NCBI GenBank assembly: GCA_963793865.1
Contig: CAWCBP010000008.1
Location: forward strand, 576,001 to 640,000
From: an uncultured delta proteobacterium
GTDB taxonomy: Bacteria > Desulfobacterota > WTBG01
Reading direction: 5' to 3'
DNA: 64,000 bases
The number at the start of each line of letters is the position of its first letter. Position 1 is the first letter of the stretch. Below, one piece after another: positions 1-9,831 of the stretch. Both the position numbers and the translations under genes were made by a program. The notes beneath the pieces were generated by a model. It saw only the letters and a list, made by a program, of their open reading frames with translations. It searched no databases and was not told the origin of the DNA.

Positions 1-476
1 ATCACGTGCTGAAATACGATTTTCCGGAAGTCCCCGGCATGCCGGAAATAAATTTCAAGGTGTACCATATCTCCGAATACCTGGACCGATTGGTCAAGGA
101 GGGCACCATCACCTTTAAGCGGGAAGTACCCCTGACCGTAACCTGGCATGATCCCTGCCATATTGGCCGGCATTGCGGAATTTATGAAGAGCCGCGGAAC
201 ATTTTGAAGGCCATCCCGGGCATTACCCTGGTTGAGATGGAGCGGATTAAGGACCAGGGCTGGTGCTGCGGTGCGGGGGGCGGCGTGCGGGCTGCGTTCC
301 CTGATTTTGCCTATAAGGTCGCGGCAGAGCGGATTGAAGAGGCGAAAGAGACCGGCGCGGAAGCCATCGTAACCTGCTGCCCGTACTGCGAGCAGAACCT
401 GGCTGATCCCCTGCGGGCGGAGGGCGAGCAGATGAAGATCTATGATCTGACCGACCTCATGCTGCAGTCGATGTAA
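1..476 (+). CDS. Fe-S oxidoreductase, CCG-domain (HdrD/GlpC-like), 5' truncated by the window
   Basis: CCG-domain motifs TWHDPCHIGR, CCGAGGG, TCCPYC. Confidence 0.85.
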   Translation, partial: HVLKYDFPEVPGMPEINFKVYHISEYLDRLVKEGTITFKREVPLTVTWHDPCHIGRHCGIYEEPRNILKAIPGITLVEMERIKDQGWCCGAGGGVRAAFPDFAYKVAAERIEEAKETGAEAIVTCCPYCEQNLADPLRAEGEQMKIYDLTDLMLQSM

Positions 477-519
477 GCGGGGCGTCTCCTGCCGAAGCGG
501 CTGATGGATTTGGAAAATT

Positions 520-562
520 AAAACCTCATTGACGGTAATCAATCCGTGCATGAGGTTTTTTT
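520..562 (+). terminator. probable intrinsic terminator
   Basis: aaacctcat...atgaggttt stem followed by T run, after the CCG gene. Confidence 0.5.
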
Positions 563-700
563 CTTGAACAGCAAAAAAGCGTCAGAGGCTGCTTCTACTT
601 TGTAATTCCACTTAGTCAACAACGTCCCCAAAACTGATGAGATGTAGTATATGGGATGAGAGACGAGGGCAAAGGGCAGGGGCTTGAGTGATGAAAATTG

Positions 701-726
701 GTAGGGGCGACCGGCCGGTCGCCCTT
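701..726. repeat. REP family A palindrome
   Basis: gtaggggcgaccggccggtcgccc, abutting the glgX stop; at least 7 copies in window. Confidence 0.85.
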
Positions 727-2880
727 TTAAGGCCGGCTGATGAGCACCACCAGGCTGCGGGATTGAGCGGTATATTTTTTGCCGGCCTTTATTTCTTTGC
801 CTGCCCGGAGGATGTCCTTCGGAGCGGGCTGGGCGGTATCTATCATACACCACCAGCTTTTCCCTGAAGGAGGCCGGGGCAGAGAAAAGGCGAGGGGTGT
901 GGCGGCGGCATTGAAGATGAGATAGAAATCGCTGTCATCCTGCGGCGCACCGGTCTCTTCCTTCCTTCCGCTGATCAGGCATGCCAGCGAACTTCCTGCC
1001 TTGTCCCAGTCGGGCTTCATGCCGGAATAGGTGAACCAGCTGATGTCGGGAATGCCATCCCGGTCGTGGTCCGCACCTGAAAAGAAGTGCGCTCGCCTCA
1101 GCGCGCCGTGCTGCTTTCTCATCCCGATAAGCTCTTTGGTGAAGCGGAAGATCTCTTCATGTGGTTCCAGCAAATCCCAGTTGAGCCAGGAGATTCCGTT
1201 GTCCTGGCAGTAGGCATTGTTATTGCCTCCCTGGGTTCTCCTGAACTCATCCCCTCCCAGCAGCATGGGGACGCCCTGGGAGAGCATGAGGGTGGCTAAA
1301 AAATTCTTGATCTGCCGGATGCGCATGGCGTTAACGGCGCTGTCGGCGGTTTCACCTTCGATCCCGTAATTGCAGCTGAAGTTATCATCGCTGCCGTCCA
1401 GGTTGTTTTCCCCGTTGGCCAGGTTGTGCTTGCCGGCATAGCTTACCACGTCATGGAGCGTAAACCCGTCATGGCAGGTCACGAAGTTGACGCTGTGGAA
1501 CGGCGCCCTGCCGCTGGTCTGAAACAGGTCCGAGCTTCCGGTCAGCCGGGTCGCGAGATGAGGTGTCATCCCCTCATCCCCCCGCCAGAATCGCCGGACA
1601 TCGTCACGAAAATGGCCGTTCCATTCAGCCCATCTGCCGGGGAAGCGTCCCACCTGGTAAGCCCCGCCGGCGTCCCATGCCTCGGCGATGATTTTGGTGT
1701 TTCTTAAAACAGGGTTTTCGGCAATGCGTTGAATCAGGGGAGGATTTTCAAGCATGTTGCCGTCCTGGTCTCGTCCCAGAATTGAGGCCAGGTCAAAACG
1801 GAATCCGTCCACGTGCATCTCGATCACCCAGTAGTGGAGGCAATCAATAATAAACTCCCTCAGCAGCGGGTGGTTGCAGTTCAAGGTGTTTCCGCATCCT
1901 GAATAGTTTTTGTAGCGCCTCCCGCCGTCATCGAGCAGGTAGTAGATGGTGTTGTCCAGTCCGCGGAAGCACAGAGTCGGTCCGGTCTCGTTTCCTTCGG
2001 AAGTATGATTGAACACCACGTCCAGAATTACCTCGATGCCGGCGCGGTGGAGTTCCTTCACCATCCCCTTGAATTCCCGCACCTGCTCGCCCATGCTGCC
2101 GCTGCTGCTGTATCGCCCCTTGGGGGCAAAGAAGCTCATGGTACTGTAACCCCAGTAGTTACAGAGCTTCTCCCCGGTAAGGGGATTGGTTTTCATGATC
2201 TCACGTTCATCAAACTCCTGGATGGGAAGCAGCTCCACCGCGGTGATGCCCAGCTCCTTGAGGTAGGGTATCTTTTCAATGACTCCGAGAAAGGTCCCGG
2301 GGTGGTTCACCTTCGCGCTGGGATGGCAGGTCAGTCCGCGGACATGCATCTCATAAATGATGGTATCCTTCAAGGATATGTTTAACGGGCGGTCCCCCTC
2401 CCAGTTGAAGTCATTTCCCATCACAATGCATTTGGGCGCCCCGCCCGCGCTGTCGGTGGTGGAAAACGAAAGATCACCGTCGGGAGAATTACTATCGTAC
2501 CCGCGCGCATCCGAAAGGTTCCAGTTGAAGTTGCCGGTCACTGCCCGGGCGTACGGGTCGAGCAGGAGCTTGTTTTTATTGAAGCGCATGCCTTCACGGG
2601 GCCGGTAGGGACCGTCAGCCCGGTAACCATAGAGCTGGCCCGCGGCGAGCCCCTCAACAAAAATATGCCAGATATCCCCGGTTTTATTGACCCGGGGATG
2701 GAGTGGAATTTCAGCCGCGGGAGATCTGTCTGCGGATGCGGCAAACAGCTGCAGGGTGATTGCGGTAGCATGACGGCTGAAGATTGCAAACTGCACCCCC
2801 CGGTCACGAAGGGTTGCGCCCAAAGGCAGCGGCTTGCCGGGCGTGGTCACCAGTTGTTTTCCCTTCTCCTGTGCGTTCAT
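727..2880 (-). CDS. glgX: glycogen debranching enzyme / isoamylase (GH13)
   Basis: NYWGY, DVVFNHT, DGFRFDLAS, AEAWD, CHDGFTL, GNNNAYCQDN motifs. Confidence 0.96.
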   Translation of the reverse strand: MNAQEKGKQLVTTPGKPLPLGATLRDRGVQFAIFSRHATAITLQLFAASADRSPAAEIPLHPRVNKTGDIWHIFVEGLAAGQLYGYRADGPYRPREGMRFNKNKLLLDPYARAVTGNFNWNLSDARGYDSNSPDGDLSFSTTDSAGGAPKCIVMGNDFNWEGDRPLNISLKDTIIYEMHVRGLTCHPSAKVNHPGTFLGVIEKIPYLKELGITAVELLPIQEFDEREIMKTNPLTGEKLCNYWGYSTMSFFAPKGRYSSSGSMGEQVREFKGMVKELHRAGIEVILDVVFNHTSEGNETGPTLCFRGLDNTIYYLLDDGGRRYKNYSGCGNTLNCNHPLLREFIIDCLHYWVIEMHVDGFRFDLASILGRDQDGNMLENPPLIQRIAENPVLRNTKIIAEAWDAGGAYQVGRFPGRWAEWNGHFRDDVRRFWRGDEGMTPHLATRLTGSSDLFQTSGRAPFHSVNFVTCHDGFTLHDVVSYAGKHNLANGENNLDGSDDNFSCNYGIEGETADSAVNAMRIRQIKNFLATLMLSQGVPMLLGGDEFRRTQGGNNNAYCQDNGISWLNWDLLEPHEEIFRFTKELIGMRKQHGALRRAHFFSGADHDRDGIPDISWFTYSGMKPDWDKAGSSLACLISGRKEETGAPQDDSDFYLIFNAAATPLAFSLPRPPSGKSWWCMIDTAQPAPKDILRAGKEIKAGKKYTAQSRSLVVLISRP

Positions 2881-2986
2881 GCCTTCACTATATCATGTTG
2901 CGGAGGATAACGGTAGGACGTTTTTGAATTCGTCAGTGCGGTCGGGATGGCAGGTTATAAGCGGCTATGGCGGGTTCTCGATTACT

Positions 2987-3724
2987 CTAAACGGCCTGCA
3001 GGTAACAAGAGGCATCAGGCCGGTAGGCTAAAGGATTTTCCTGGATGATGGAGTTAACCCCTTCCTGCATCGTCCGTATCCGGCCCTCGGGGTACGGCGC
3101 TATTGCCCTGCAGCCGGGATCAAGGGTGTGAGCGGGGCTGAACTGCTGCAGGGTAAACTTTTTCGCACCCTTAAGCTCATGAGCCATGCGCATAATATCT
3201 TCCTCATTAAGGAAGGTCGGTGCCACGGTTACCCTGAACTCGCAGGGAAGATGGCTTGCTTTGAGCAGATTGACGCTCTCCGCGATTTTTGACAGGTCAA
3301 CCGTTACACCGCTGCAGCGTGCATATGATTCCCGATCCAGGGGCGCCTTGACGTCCATGGCGACATAGTCAACCAGGCGCGCATTGATAAGGTGCTCTAA
3401 TATATGGGGATGCGATCCATTGGTATCCAATTTTACCAGCATCCCCTCCTGCCTGATGCTCTCGATAAGCTCCGGCAAAGCGGGTAACAGGGTGGGTTCT
3501 CCGCCGGTAATACACACGCCGTCGATCCAGCCCCGGTAGTTTCTCAGCGTTTTCAGGATATGATGGAAGGGCACCGTGGGGAACTGTTCGGGATCAATGA
3601 CAAGCTCATAATTGTGGCAGTAGGGACAGCGGAAGTTGCAACGGGGGAGAAACAGCACCGATGCTATTTTCCCCGGCCAGTCAACAAAGGATGTTTCCAG
3701 GAAACCTTTTACGGGGAAGTCCAT
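2987..3724 (-). CDS. nrdG: anaerobic ribonucleotide reductase activating radical SAM enzyme
   Basis: CNFRCPYCHN, ITGGEPT, KLDTNG; downstream of nrdD. Confidence 0.92.
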   Translation of the reverse strand: MDFPVKGFLETSFVDWPGKIASVLFLPRCNFRCPYCHNYELVIDPEQFPTVPFHHILKTLRNYRGWIDGVCITGGEPTLLPALPELIESIRQEGMLVKLDTNGSHPHILEHLINARLVDYVAMDVKAPLDRESYARCSGVTVDLSKIAESVNLLKASHLPCEFRVTVAPTFLNEEDIMRMAHELKGAKKFTLQQFSPAHTLDPGCRAIAPYPEGRIRTMQEGVNSIIQENPLAYRPDASCYLQAV

Positions 3725-3779
3725 GGATTAAGCTCTGAGAAGGATTCCTTGCTGTGATATGCGGGAAAACAAGGTCTAT

Positions 3780-3807
3780 GCAGGGGCGACCGGCCGGTCG
3801 CCCCTAC
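3780..3807. repeat. REP family A
   Basis: gcaggggcgaccggccggtcgcccctac. Confidence 0.85.
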
Positions 3808-3847
3808 AGGTGCATACGAATCACGGGGAAAACAGGCTCTGCCGCCC

Positions 3848-4108
3848 TTATCGCGCCAGGGCGTTTCTTACCTGCTGGACGGTGGGAACCATGCCGCGGA
3901 AATCCGCCAGCATTGTTTCGTTGTCATCCTCGATGATCATGGTAGGCGTGGAAAGTATTCCGTAGTACGAGGCTTCAGCCAGACCGTCCGCCGTGTCCAG
4001 GTCATAACACTGTACCCGCAGACCTTCCTGGGTTAACCGTGAACCCACTTCTTTCGCCGAAGGACACAGCCCGCATCCCTCTTTTACAAACAGCTTTATT
4101 ATTTCCAT
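3848..4108 (-). CDS. thioredoxin/NrdH-like redoxin
   Basis: 86 aa, CGLC motif and STPT cis-Pro loop; lies between nrdD and nrdG. Confidence 0.85.
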   Translation of the reverse strand: MEIIKLFVKEGCGLCPSAKEVGSRLTQEGLRVQCYDLDTADGLAEASYYGILSTPTMIIEDDNETMLADFRGMVPTVQQVRNALAR

Positions 4109-4124
4109 TGTTTTGCAATCCCCC

Positions 4125-4294
4125 CTCTGCAGTGCGCAGTCAGCCTGCAGTAAATAGAAAAGATGAAGAGAGACTTCGCTTTCTCAATTCAGAAGTCGGC
4201 AGGTCAGAATTTAGAAGTCTACGTTCGAATATTTTTGATTTGTATCTGAAAACTCTTATTCTTACTGACTCCTGGCTTCTGACTCCTTCTGCTT
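4125..4294. repeat. degenerate 7-mer repeat patch
   Basis: tcagaag/tcggcag/tcagaat/ttagaag block facing ctgactc/ctggctt/ctgactc block. Confidence 0.55.
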
Positions 4295-6403
4295 TCAGAA
4301 GTACCCCTGATTTTTGAACCGGTCTTTCAATTCCCCCAGCTTGCCCTTATTCCAGCTGGAGATCTTGGTAAAGTAGCCGGTTATTCTGGTAATGCCTTCG
4401 ACCTTGTCCGAACTGCATGCCGGGCACACCTCCTTCAGCCCCCGGGTAGTCACCCCGCAGTGCAGGCAGTTGGTAAATTCCGGGGAGAAGGTTATCTGGT
4501 CGTTTAACGATTCCCTGAAGGTTTTAATCACGAAGTTGGCAAGAGATTCCTTCGAGGGGTGCGACTCCCCCAGCCAGATGTGGGTGAGCGCGCCTGCCTC
4601 GATACGGGGGTGGAACAGGCCCTCCTTGATTACCCGGTCAATGGGATTCATGCGGGCTGAAACGGCAAAGGCGGTGGAATTGGTGTAATAGGCCTCTCCG
4701 GCGTCAAGGGCGCCTTTCACGAACTGTTCTGCCCGGGGTGAATAATATTTTAAATCGAGCCGGGCAAACCGGTAGGAGGTGCTTTCAGCCGGAGTCTGCT
4801 CCAGGACAAATCTCATCCCGTGCTCCTTGCTCAGCTTCTTTGCCAGCAGATCCATCTGGGAAATGACCTTCAAACCGAATTTGAACGCCCGGTTGCTTTC
4901 ATGGAGCTCTTCGCCGGTGTGTATGTGGACGAGCTCATTTAAGCCCAGCATGCCGATAAGATAGCTGGCCCGTCGCATCCTGAGATACGGCGTTCCGTCC
5001 TTGTCCATGGTGAGCAGTGACAGCGGGCTTTTTTCTCCATGGGCAAGCAGCTGCTCAATAAACGCCTTCTTTTCCTCGTGCGCCTGAACCGCCAAATCCA
5101 TCAGGTCGGATATCCGCGCGAAGAGCACCTCGTCATCGCCATTGCTCAGGTAGCCCAGGCGCGGCAGGTTCAGGGTGACGTTTTGCAGCGCGGAGTAGCG
5201 CATTCTCCAGGGCTCACGGGCATCGCTTAAATCCTGGTCGTCCAGCTTGAAGCTCAGCCGGCAGCACTCCGAAATCTTGGCGGTTCTTCCCCGGTCAAAA
5301 ACGAAGTAGGTGTTGCCCTTATCCCCGGCGACATCACAGATGTGATTGAGGAAATCTTCGTGCCCTTCAGTGGCAAAAAACTTTTCAGTGATGTGCACCA
5401 GCGGCTTGGGGAAGAAGAAGGGCCTGCCCGTGCCATCTCCCTCTTTGTACACGTCAAAGAGCGCCCAGACAAATTTCTGCGACTCCTTCCGGTATCCCTC
5501 GTAGGTTTTGCCGGTGTAGGTCCCGCCGGGTCCGATGGCCGGCACATCCTCAAAGTGCTTGGGCACCTCCCAGTAGAGGTTTATGTCGGAGAAAATCGCC
5601 TGGCCCCCCCGCGCCACGGCCTGCTGGGAAAACTCGAAAATGAGCATCTGGGCCAGCTGTTTGATCTCCCGGTCACTCAGATCAACCAGGTAGGGTGCAA
5701 AGAAGATATTGACGGCATCCCAACCGATGGCGCCCGCGAAATTGCTCTGGAGGGCGGCCGCGAACTTGACCATGTGAGCGAGGAGCACCTCGGGGTGCTT
5801 GGCGGGCCTGGCGATGGAGAGGGCGTTGGGCAGGTTGAGGCCGAATTTCTTGATATATTCGAGCGACTGGCCGGAACAATAAGGCCGGTCAACAAAACCC
5901 AGGTCGTGCAGGTGGATGTCGCCGCGCATGTGCGCGTCGCCGATGGGCTGTGAAAAGACGCTGAGCAGCGCGTATTCTTTTTTGATGTTTTCCGCCAGGG
6001 TCAGATTGGTTCCCTCGGGACCGTGGGGGACATTCGCGTTCTCTTTGTTGGGGTGAAGGATGAATTGATCGACGTCATAGAGCGGCACGCCCAGCCTGGT
6101 GTGCATCTTGCGGGCCTTCTCAAGACCCTTCGAGATGAGCTGCGCGTTTACCAGCTCCCGGATGAGGGGCGCGGTGATAAGTGAAATCCTGGAGGATACG
6201 ATCAGGTCCTGCACTTCCCGGCTTATTTCTTCGGCGGTGGGCTGATCGAGGCAGGTTTCTTTCAGGAGGGCATCAACTATTCTTTGACGGTTCCAGAAGG
6301 CCATGTCCTCATCAGATGTTCTGACGAAGAGGGCCATGTCGGTTGTTTCATCCAAAAAAAAATTTTTTTTCGCGCGGCTGTCGCTCTCCTCTCTTATTGA
6401 CAC
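4295..6403 (-). CDS. nrdD: class III anaerobic ribonucleoside-triphosphate reductase
   Basis: N-terminal ATP-cone-like region, GDIHLHDL, SECCRL loop, TPAES, CxxC...CxxC, RITGY glycyl-radical motif. Confidence 0.96.
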   Translation of the reverse strand: MSIREESDSRAKKNFFLDETTDMALFVRTSDEDMAFWNRQRIVDALLKETCLDQPTAEEISREVQDLIVSSRISLITAPLIRELVNAQLISKGLEKARKMHTRLGVPLYDVDQFILHPNKENANVPHGPEGTNLTLAENIKKEYALLSVFSQPIGDAHMRGDIHLHDLGFVDRPYCSGQSLEYIKKFGLNLPNALSIARPAKHPEVLLAHMVKFAAALQSNFAGAIGWDAVNIFFAPYLVDLSDREIKQLAQMLIFEFSQQAVARGGQAIFSDINLYWEVPKHFEDVPAIGPGGTYTGKTYEGYRKESQKFVWALFDVYKEGDGTGRPFFFPKPLVHITEKFFATEGHEDFLNHICDVAGDKGNTYFVFDRGRTAKISECCRLSFKLDDQDLSDAREPWRMRYSALQNVTLNLPRLGYLSNGDDEVLFARISDLMDLAVQAHEEKKAFIEQLLAHGEKSPLSLLTMDKDGTPYLRMRRASYLIGMLGLNELVHIHTGEELHESNRAFKFGLKVISQMDLLAKKLSKEHGMRFVLEQTPAESTSYRFARLDLKYYSPRAEQFVKGALDAGEAYYTNSTAFAVSARMNPIDRVIKEGLFHPRIEAGALTHIWLGESHPSKESLANFVIKTFRESLNDQITFSPEFTNCLHCGVTTRGLKEVCPACSSDKVEGITRITGYFTKISSWNKGKLGELKDRFKNQGYF

Positions 6404-6443
6404 AGCAATTCCCCCCTTGTTAGCTTATTTTGTTATGGAGGGA

Positions 6444-6472
6444 AGGTTATACCACGACATATAGTGTGTCAA
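6444..6472 (-). promoter_or_regulatory. sigma70 promoter of nrdD with NrdR box in the spacer
   Basis: minus strand TTGACA-17-TAACCT; ccacgacatatagtgt (6452-6467) matches acaCwAtATaTwGtgt at 13/16. Confidence 0.75.
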
Positions 6473-6845
6473 GGCAAAAAAATAAAAAAATAATTTCTCC
6501 AGTTTTTTCGGGCAGAAAGGGTGTAATGTGTCACAATTCATGCAGTATGATTTGTGCTCCGAGCACGGTGATTCTTCTAAGGTCAGTCTTCTGGTACAAT
6601 CTCATCATCGCGCTCGGCAGCAGTGAAAAACGCAGTCGCATTACCATGGACGCCCGCGGGATTATAAATCAGGGCACGACGAACAACTGTGGTCTTTGTG
6701 TGCCCGCCGCGCCGTTCAGGGAGATAAAATTATGGATCAACTCTTGAAGCTGTTTTACCGGCAAACAGGGGCGGTTGTTTTTTATTGGTAAGATTACCGG
6801 GGATTTGCTATACATATGACACCGTAAGTGCCATAGGAGGAGTCA

Positions 6846-6899
6846 GTGAAATGTAAACTGTGTGATCCTCACCCCATTCCCGGGTCATGTGTGATTTGA
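6846..6899 (+). other. candidate small Cys-rich ORF MKCKLCDPHPIPGSCVI overlapping a terminator-like hairpin
   Basis: AGGAGG at 6835-6840, GTG start; cctcacc/ggtgagg stem followed by T6. Confidence 0.3.
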
Positions 6900-7056
6900 G
6901 AAGAGGTGAGGTTTTTTATGGGAGGGATCATAAGCGGAAAATCAATTCAAATCCCTTTTTGCCGAGGCGGTTTCAGCGTGCACGTACCATCACCATGGCG
7001 TAAAACCGCCTCCTGATATTTAGAGAAAAATTCCTTGCATTGAATAAAGGTGATGT

Positions 7057-8043
7057 ATGAATTCCGGTATGGCGACAAGAGTGCTCTCAGCAGTGACGTG
7101 TCTTATGGCAATCTTTTTTCTTGCAGCACAATGCTGCACCGGTGCTGAATTTCTCATGGTGAAGCATTTTGAGAGCCCGTTTGGGGAAGGTGTCGGAGAT
7201 CTCACTTACAACGATGACGGTTATTTATATGCGACTGCAAAATCACTTTTAAAATACGGAGATCGAATCTACAAGATAGATCCGGAAAACGGGACCTATC
7301 AGGATTTCTTTAAACACCCGAGTGAACCGAGCAATGAGCTCAAATACATTGCCTCCTGCAACGGCACCATCTATGTTGATCATTACCCGCTGGTACTGAA
7401 TCACGCAATCTACAAACTTTATCCCGACGAAGATATCTGGACAACCTTTTTTGAGCCGGAACATGCGGGATACGGGGGGATTGCCTGTGACGGGTCCAAC
7501 CTGATCGTTGCTGAAGAGGAGTACCTGTATACCATCAGCCTGGTTACCCAGGAAGAGACCGGGAGAAACAAATTTATCACCATTGATGCATATGAGGGCA
7601 TGACCTGGGACGGGGCATATCTCTGGGCGCTTACCACGAATGATACGCTGCACAAAATAGATGCGGGCAGGATTATTGAAGAGAGGGCGTTGCCGGCCAC
7701 GCTTAAGAAGTGCCGGGGGTTGGCCTATGACGGCGAGTGTTTCTGGACCTATGTAAGCGGACTGCTGTCCCCCTATTCTCAGCAAATCGTACAATTGAAG
7801 CCTTTAGAAGCCCTCTGTCCTGCAGAAATGGTGTATGGAGAAGATTCACCGGAAGCGGAACTGCTGCGATATTTCAGGGACGCGGTATTGAGCAGGACCC
7901 ATGAAGGCCGGGAAATAATAAAACTATACTATGAGTTCAGCCCTGCCCTCACCGGCGTCATGGCGGGGGATGAGAAGTTAACATCGGAAATAAGGGCCAT
8001 ACTGGATGGCGTTTTACCGCTAGCGAGGTCAGAAAGGAACTAG
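7057..8043 (+). CDS. secreted beta-propeller-like protein with CFI-box-CTERM-like domain
   Basis: signal peptide; GIACDG/GMTWDG/GLAYDG repeats; C-terminal CPAEMVYG...LRYFRDAVL...GREIIKLYY.FSP. Confidence 0.75.
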   Translation: MNSGMATRVLSAVTCLMAIFFLAAQCCTGAEFLMVKHFESPFGEGVGDLTYNDDGYLYATAKSLLKYGDRIYKIDPENGTYQDFFKHPSEPSNELKYIASCNGTIYVDHYPLVLNHAIYKLYPDEDIWTTFFEPEHAGYGGIACDGSNLIVAEEEYLYTISLVTQEETGRNKFITIDAYEGMTWDGAYLWALTTNDTLHKIDAGRIIEERALPATLKKCRGLAYDGECFWTYVSGLLSPYSQQIVQLKPLEALCPAEMVYGEDSPEAELLRYFRDAVLSRTHEGREIIKLYYEFSPALTGVMAGDEKLTSEIRAILDGVLPLARSERN

Positions 8044-8101
8044 CATTCCTCTTCTGCCTCTCCGCTTCGTGCTCATCCGTGCCAACCACAAGGAGTGCTC
8101 T

Positions 8102-9187
8102 ATGTCAGATTTTTTGTCGGCCAGAATAAAGATAGTCATAATGCTTGGTTTGCTCTGCAGTGTTTTCTTTTCAGCGGCCGTGTGCCGGAGCTATGAATTC
8201 CAAATCGTTAATCACTTTGCGGGTTTATTAGTGGGGGGCGTGAGTGACCTTACCTACAGTAATGGATATTTGTATGTAACCAAGGCAAAAACGATAAGTG
8301 ATAACAGTCGAATATTCATCATAGATCCAAAGGATGGAACATTCGCAGGATTTCTTGAACATCCCAGTGATCCCATAAACCAGCTCAAATATATTACCTC
8401 CTGTAATGGCAACATCTATGTTGACCACTATCCGCTTCTGTTTAATTATGTCATCTATAAAATCTATCCTGAAACAGGCATCTGGACAACCTTCTTTGAG
8501 CCTGACAGTCCCTCAGAGGGGGGGATTGCCTGTGACGGGGCCAACCTGATACTTACCGAGGCGGGATATATCTACAAAATCAGTTTGTCGAATCAGCAGG
8601 AAGTGAGCAGGGATAAATTCATAACACTGCAAAGTTATGACGGCATGACCTGGGATGGAGAATACCTCTGCGCTATAGCCAGTGATGAACTGAACAGGGC
8701 CATTATTCACAAAATCGATTCGGGCCTGATAGTGGAAGAAATCAAACTGCCGAGTGCATTGGCTAATTGCAGGGGATTGGCCTATGACGGGGAAGCCTTC
8801 TGGACCTATGTCACAGGCGCCCTTTCTCCCTATGCCGAGGAAATTGTTCAAATTAAAATTATCAGCACTCCGGTACCAACCACAACTACCTCCAGCACAA
8901 CCACTATCCCGGCATCTACAACAGTAATCACCTCCAGTTCTACAACCACTACTGCCTCATCCCAGCCCTGCGTTGCGGAACTGCTGTATGGTGAAGATTC
9001 AGCGGAAGCGGCGCTCTTACGCTGCGTCCGCGATAGCGTTCTCAACCGGACCCCGGAAGGCCGGGAAATAATAAGGCTCTACTACCAATGGAGCCCGATA
9101 CTGGTAACAGCAATGGCAGATGGGGAATTCAAAAAATGGTTGATGGAAACAATTGATAGCGTGTTGCCGATGATTGAAGGAGAATAA
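8102..9187 (+). CDS. paralog of the preceding gene with Thr/Ser linker and CFI-box-CTERM-like domain
   Basis: collinear similarity (LKYI.SCNG.IYVDHYPL); PTTTTSSTTT linker; LRCVRDSVL...GREIIRLYY; AGGAG before ATG 8102. Confidence 0.75.
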   Translation: MSDFLSARIKIVIMLGLLCSVFFSAAVCRSYEFQIVNHFAGLLVGGVSDLTYSNGYLYVTKAKTISDNSRIFIIDPKDGTFAGFLEHPSDPINQLKYITSCNGNIYVDHYPLLFNYVIYKIYPETGIWTTFFEPDSPSEGGIACDGANLILTEAGYIYKISLSNQQEVSRDKFITLQSYDGMTWDGEYLCAIASDELNRAIIHKIDSGLIVEEIKLPSALANCRGLAYDGEAFWTYVTGALSPYAEEIVQIKIISTPVPTTTTSSTTTIPASTTVITSSSTTTTASSQPCVAELLYGEDSAEAALLRCVRDSVLNRTPEGREIIRLYYQWSPILVTAMADGEFKKWLMETIDSVLPMIEGE

Positions 9188-9188
9188 G

Positions 9189-9803
9189 ATGCTTTCCAAT
9201 AAAGAATTACGGGCGAAGGCACGGGATCAGTTGCGGGGAAAGTGGACTGGTCCTGTTGTTGTAACACTGATTTATGTGGTGATCTGTGTAACGGTGACCA
9301 ACATTCCCTATGTTGGCACCGGACTGACGCTTATACTGGCAGGGCCCATGTATCTCGGGTTTTCTCAATACTTTCTGAATTTCAAGCGGGGGAATAATCC
9401 GAAACCAGAAGATGTTTTTTCCGGTTTCAGGAATTTGGGAAGCTCAATTGCACTGTACTTTATTATGTTGATCTTTATATTGCTCTGGTCCCTGCTGCTC
9501 CTCATTCCGGGAATCATTGCCGGCATCAGATATTCCATGTCGTTTTATGCATTGTGCGATAACCCTGACAGCGGGGCCATGAATGCCCTGAATAAGAGCA
9601 AGGAGTTGATGAAGGGAAATAAAATGCAGCTGTTTCTGCTCTGGCTGAGCTTTTTAGGCTGGGCGGTGTGCTGTATTTTCACCTTTGGTATAGGGTTCCT
9701 GTGGCTGATTCCCTATATGGCGGTATCAATGGTTAATTTTTATGAAGAGATGACCGCTGTTCCGGCAGGGAACAGTCCTTCGGATGTGGTTTCGAATGGA
9801 TAA
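9189..9803 (+). CDS. DUF975-family membrane protein
   Basis: ELRAKARDQLRGKW, LWSLLLLIPGII...YSM, SKELMKGNK, GIGFLWLIPY. Confidence 0.85.
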   Translation: MLSNKELRAKARDQLRGKWTGPVVVTLIYVVICVTVTNIPYVGTGLTLILAGPMYLGFSQYFLNFKRGNNPKPEDVFSGFRNLGSSIALYFIMLIFILLWSLLLLIPGIIAGIRYSMSFYALCDNPDSGAMNALNKSKELMKGNKMQLFLLWLSFLGWAVCCIFTFGIGFLWLIPYMAVSMVNFYEEMTAVPAGNSPSDVVSNG

Positions 9804-9831
9804 ATGTTAGCCGAAGATATTGGAAGTTTCG

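Noticed and set aside
6354..6370. A9-T8 tract in nrdD as a phase-variation site
   Set aside because: The frame is intact and nothing else supports slippage
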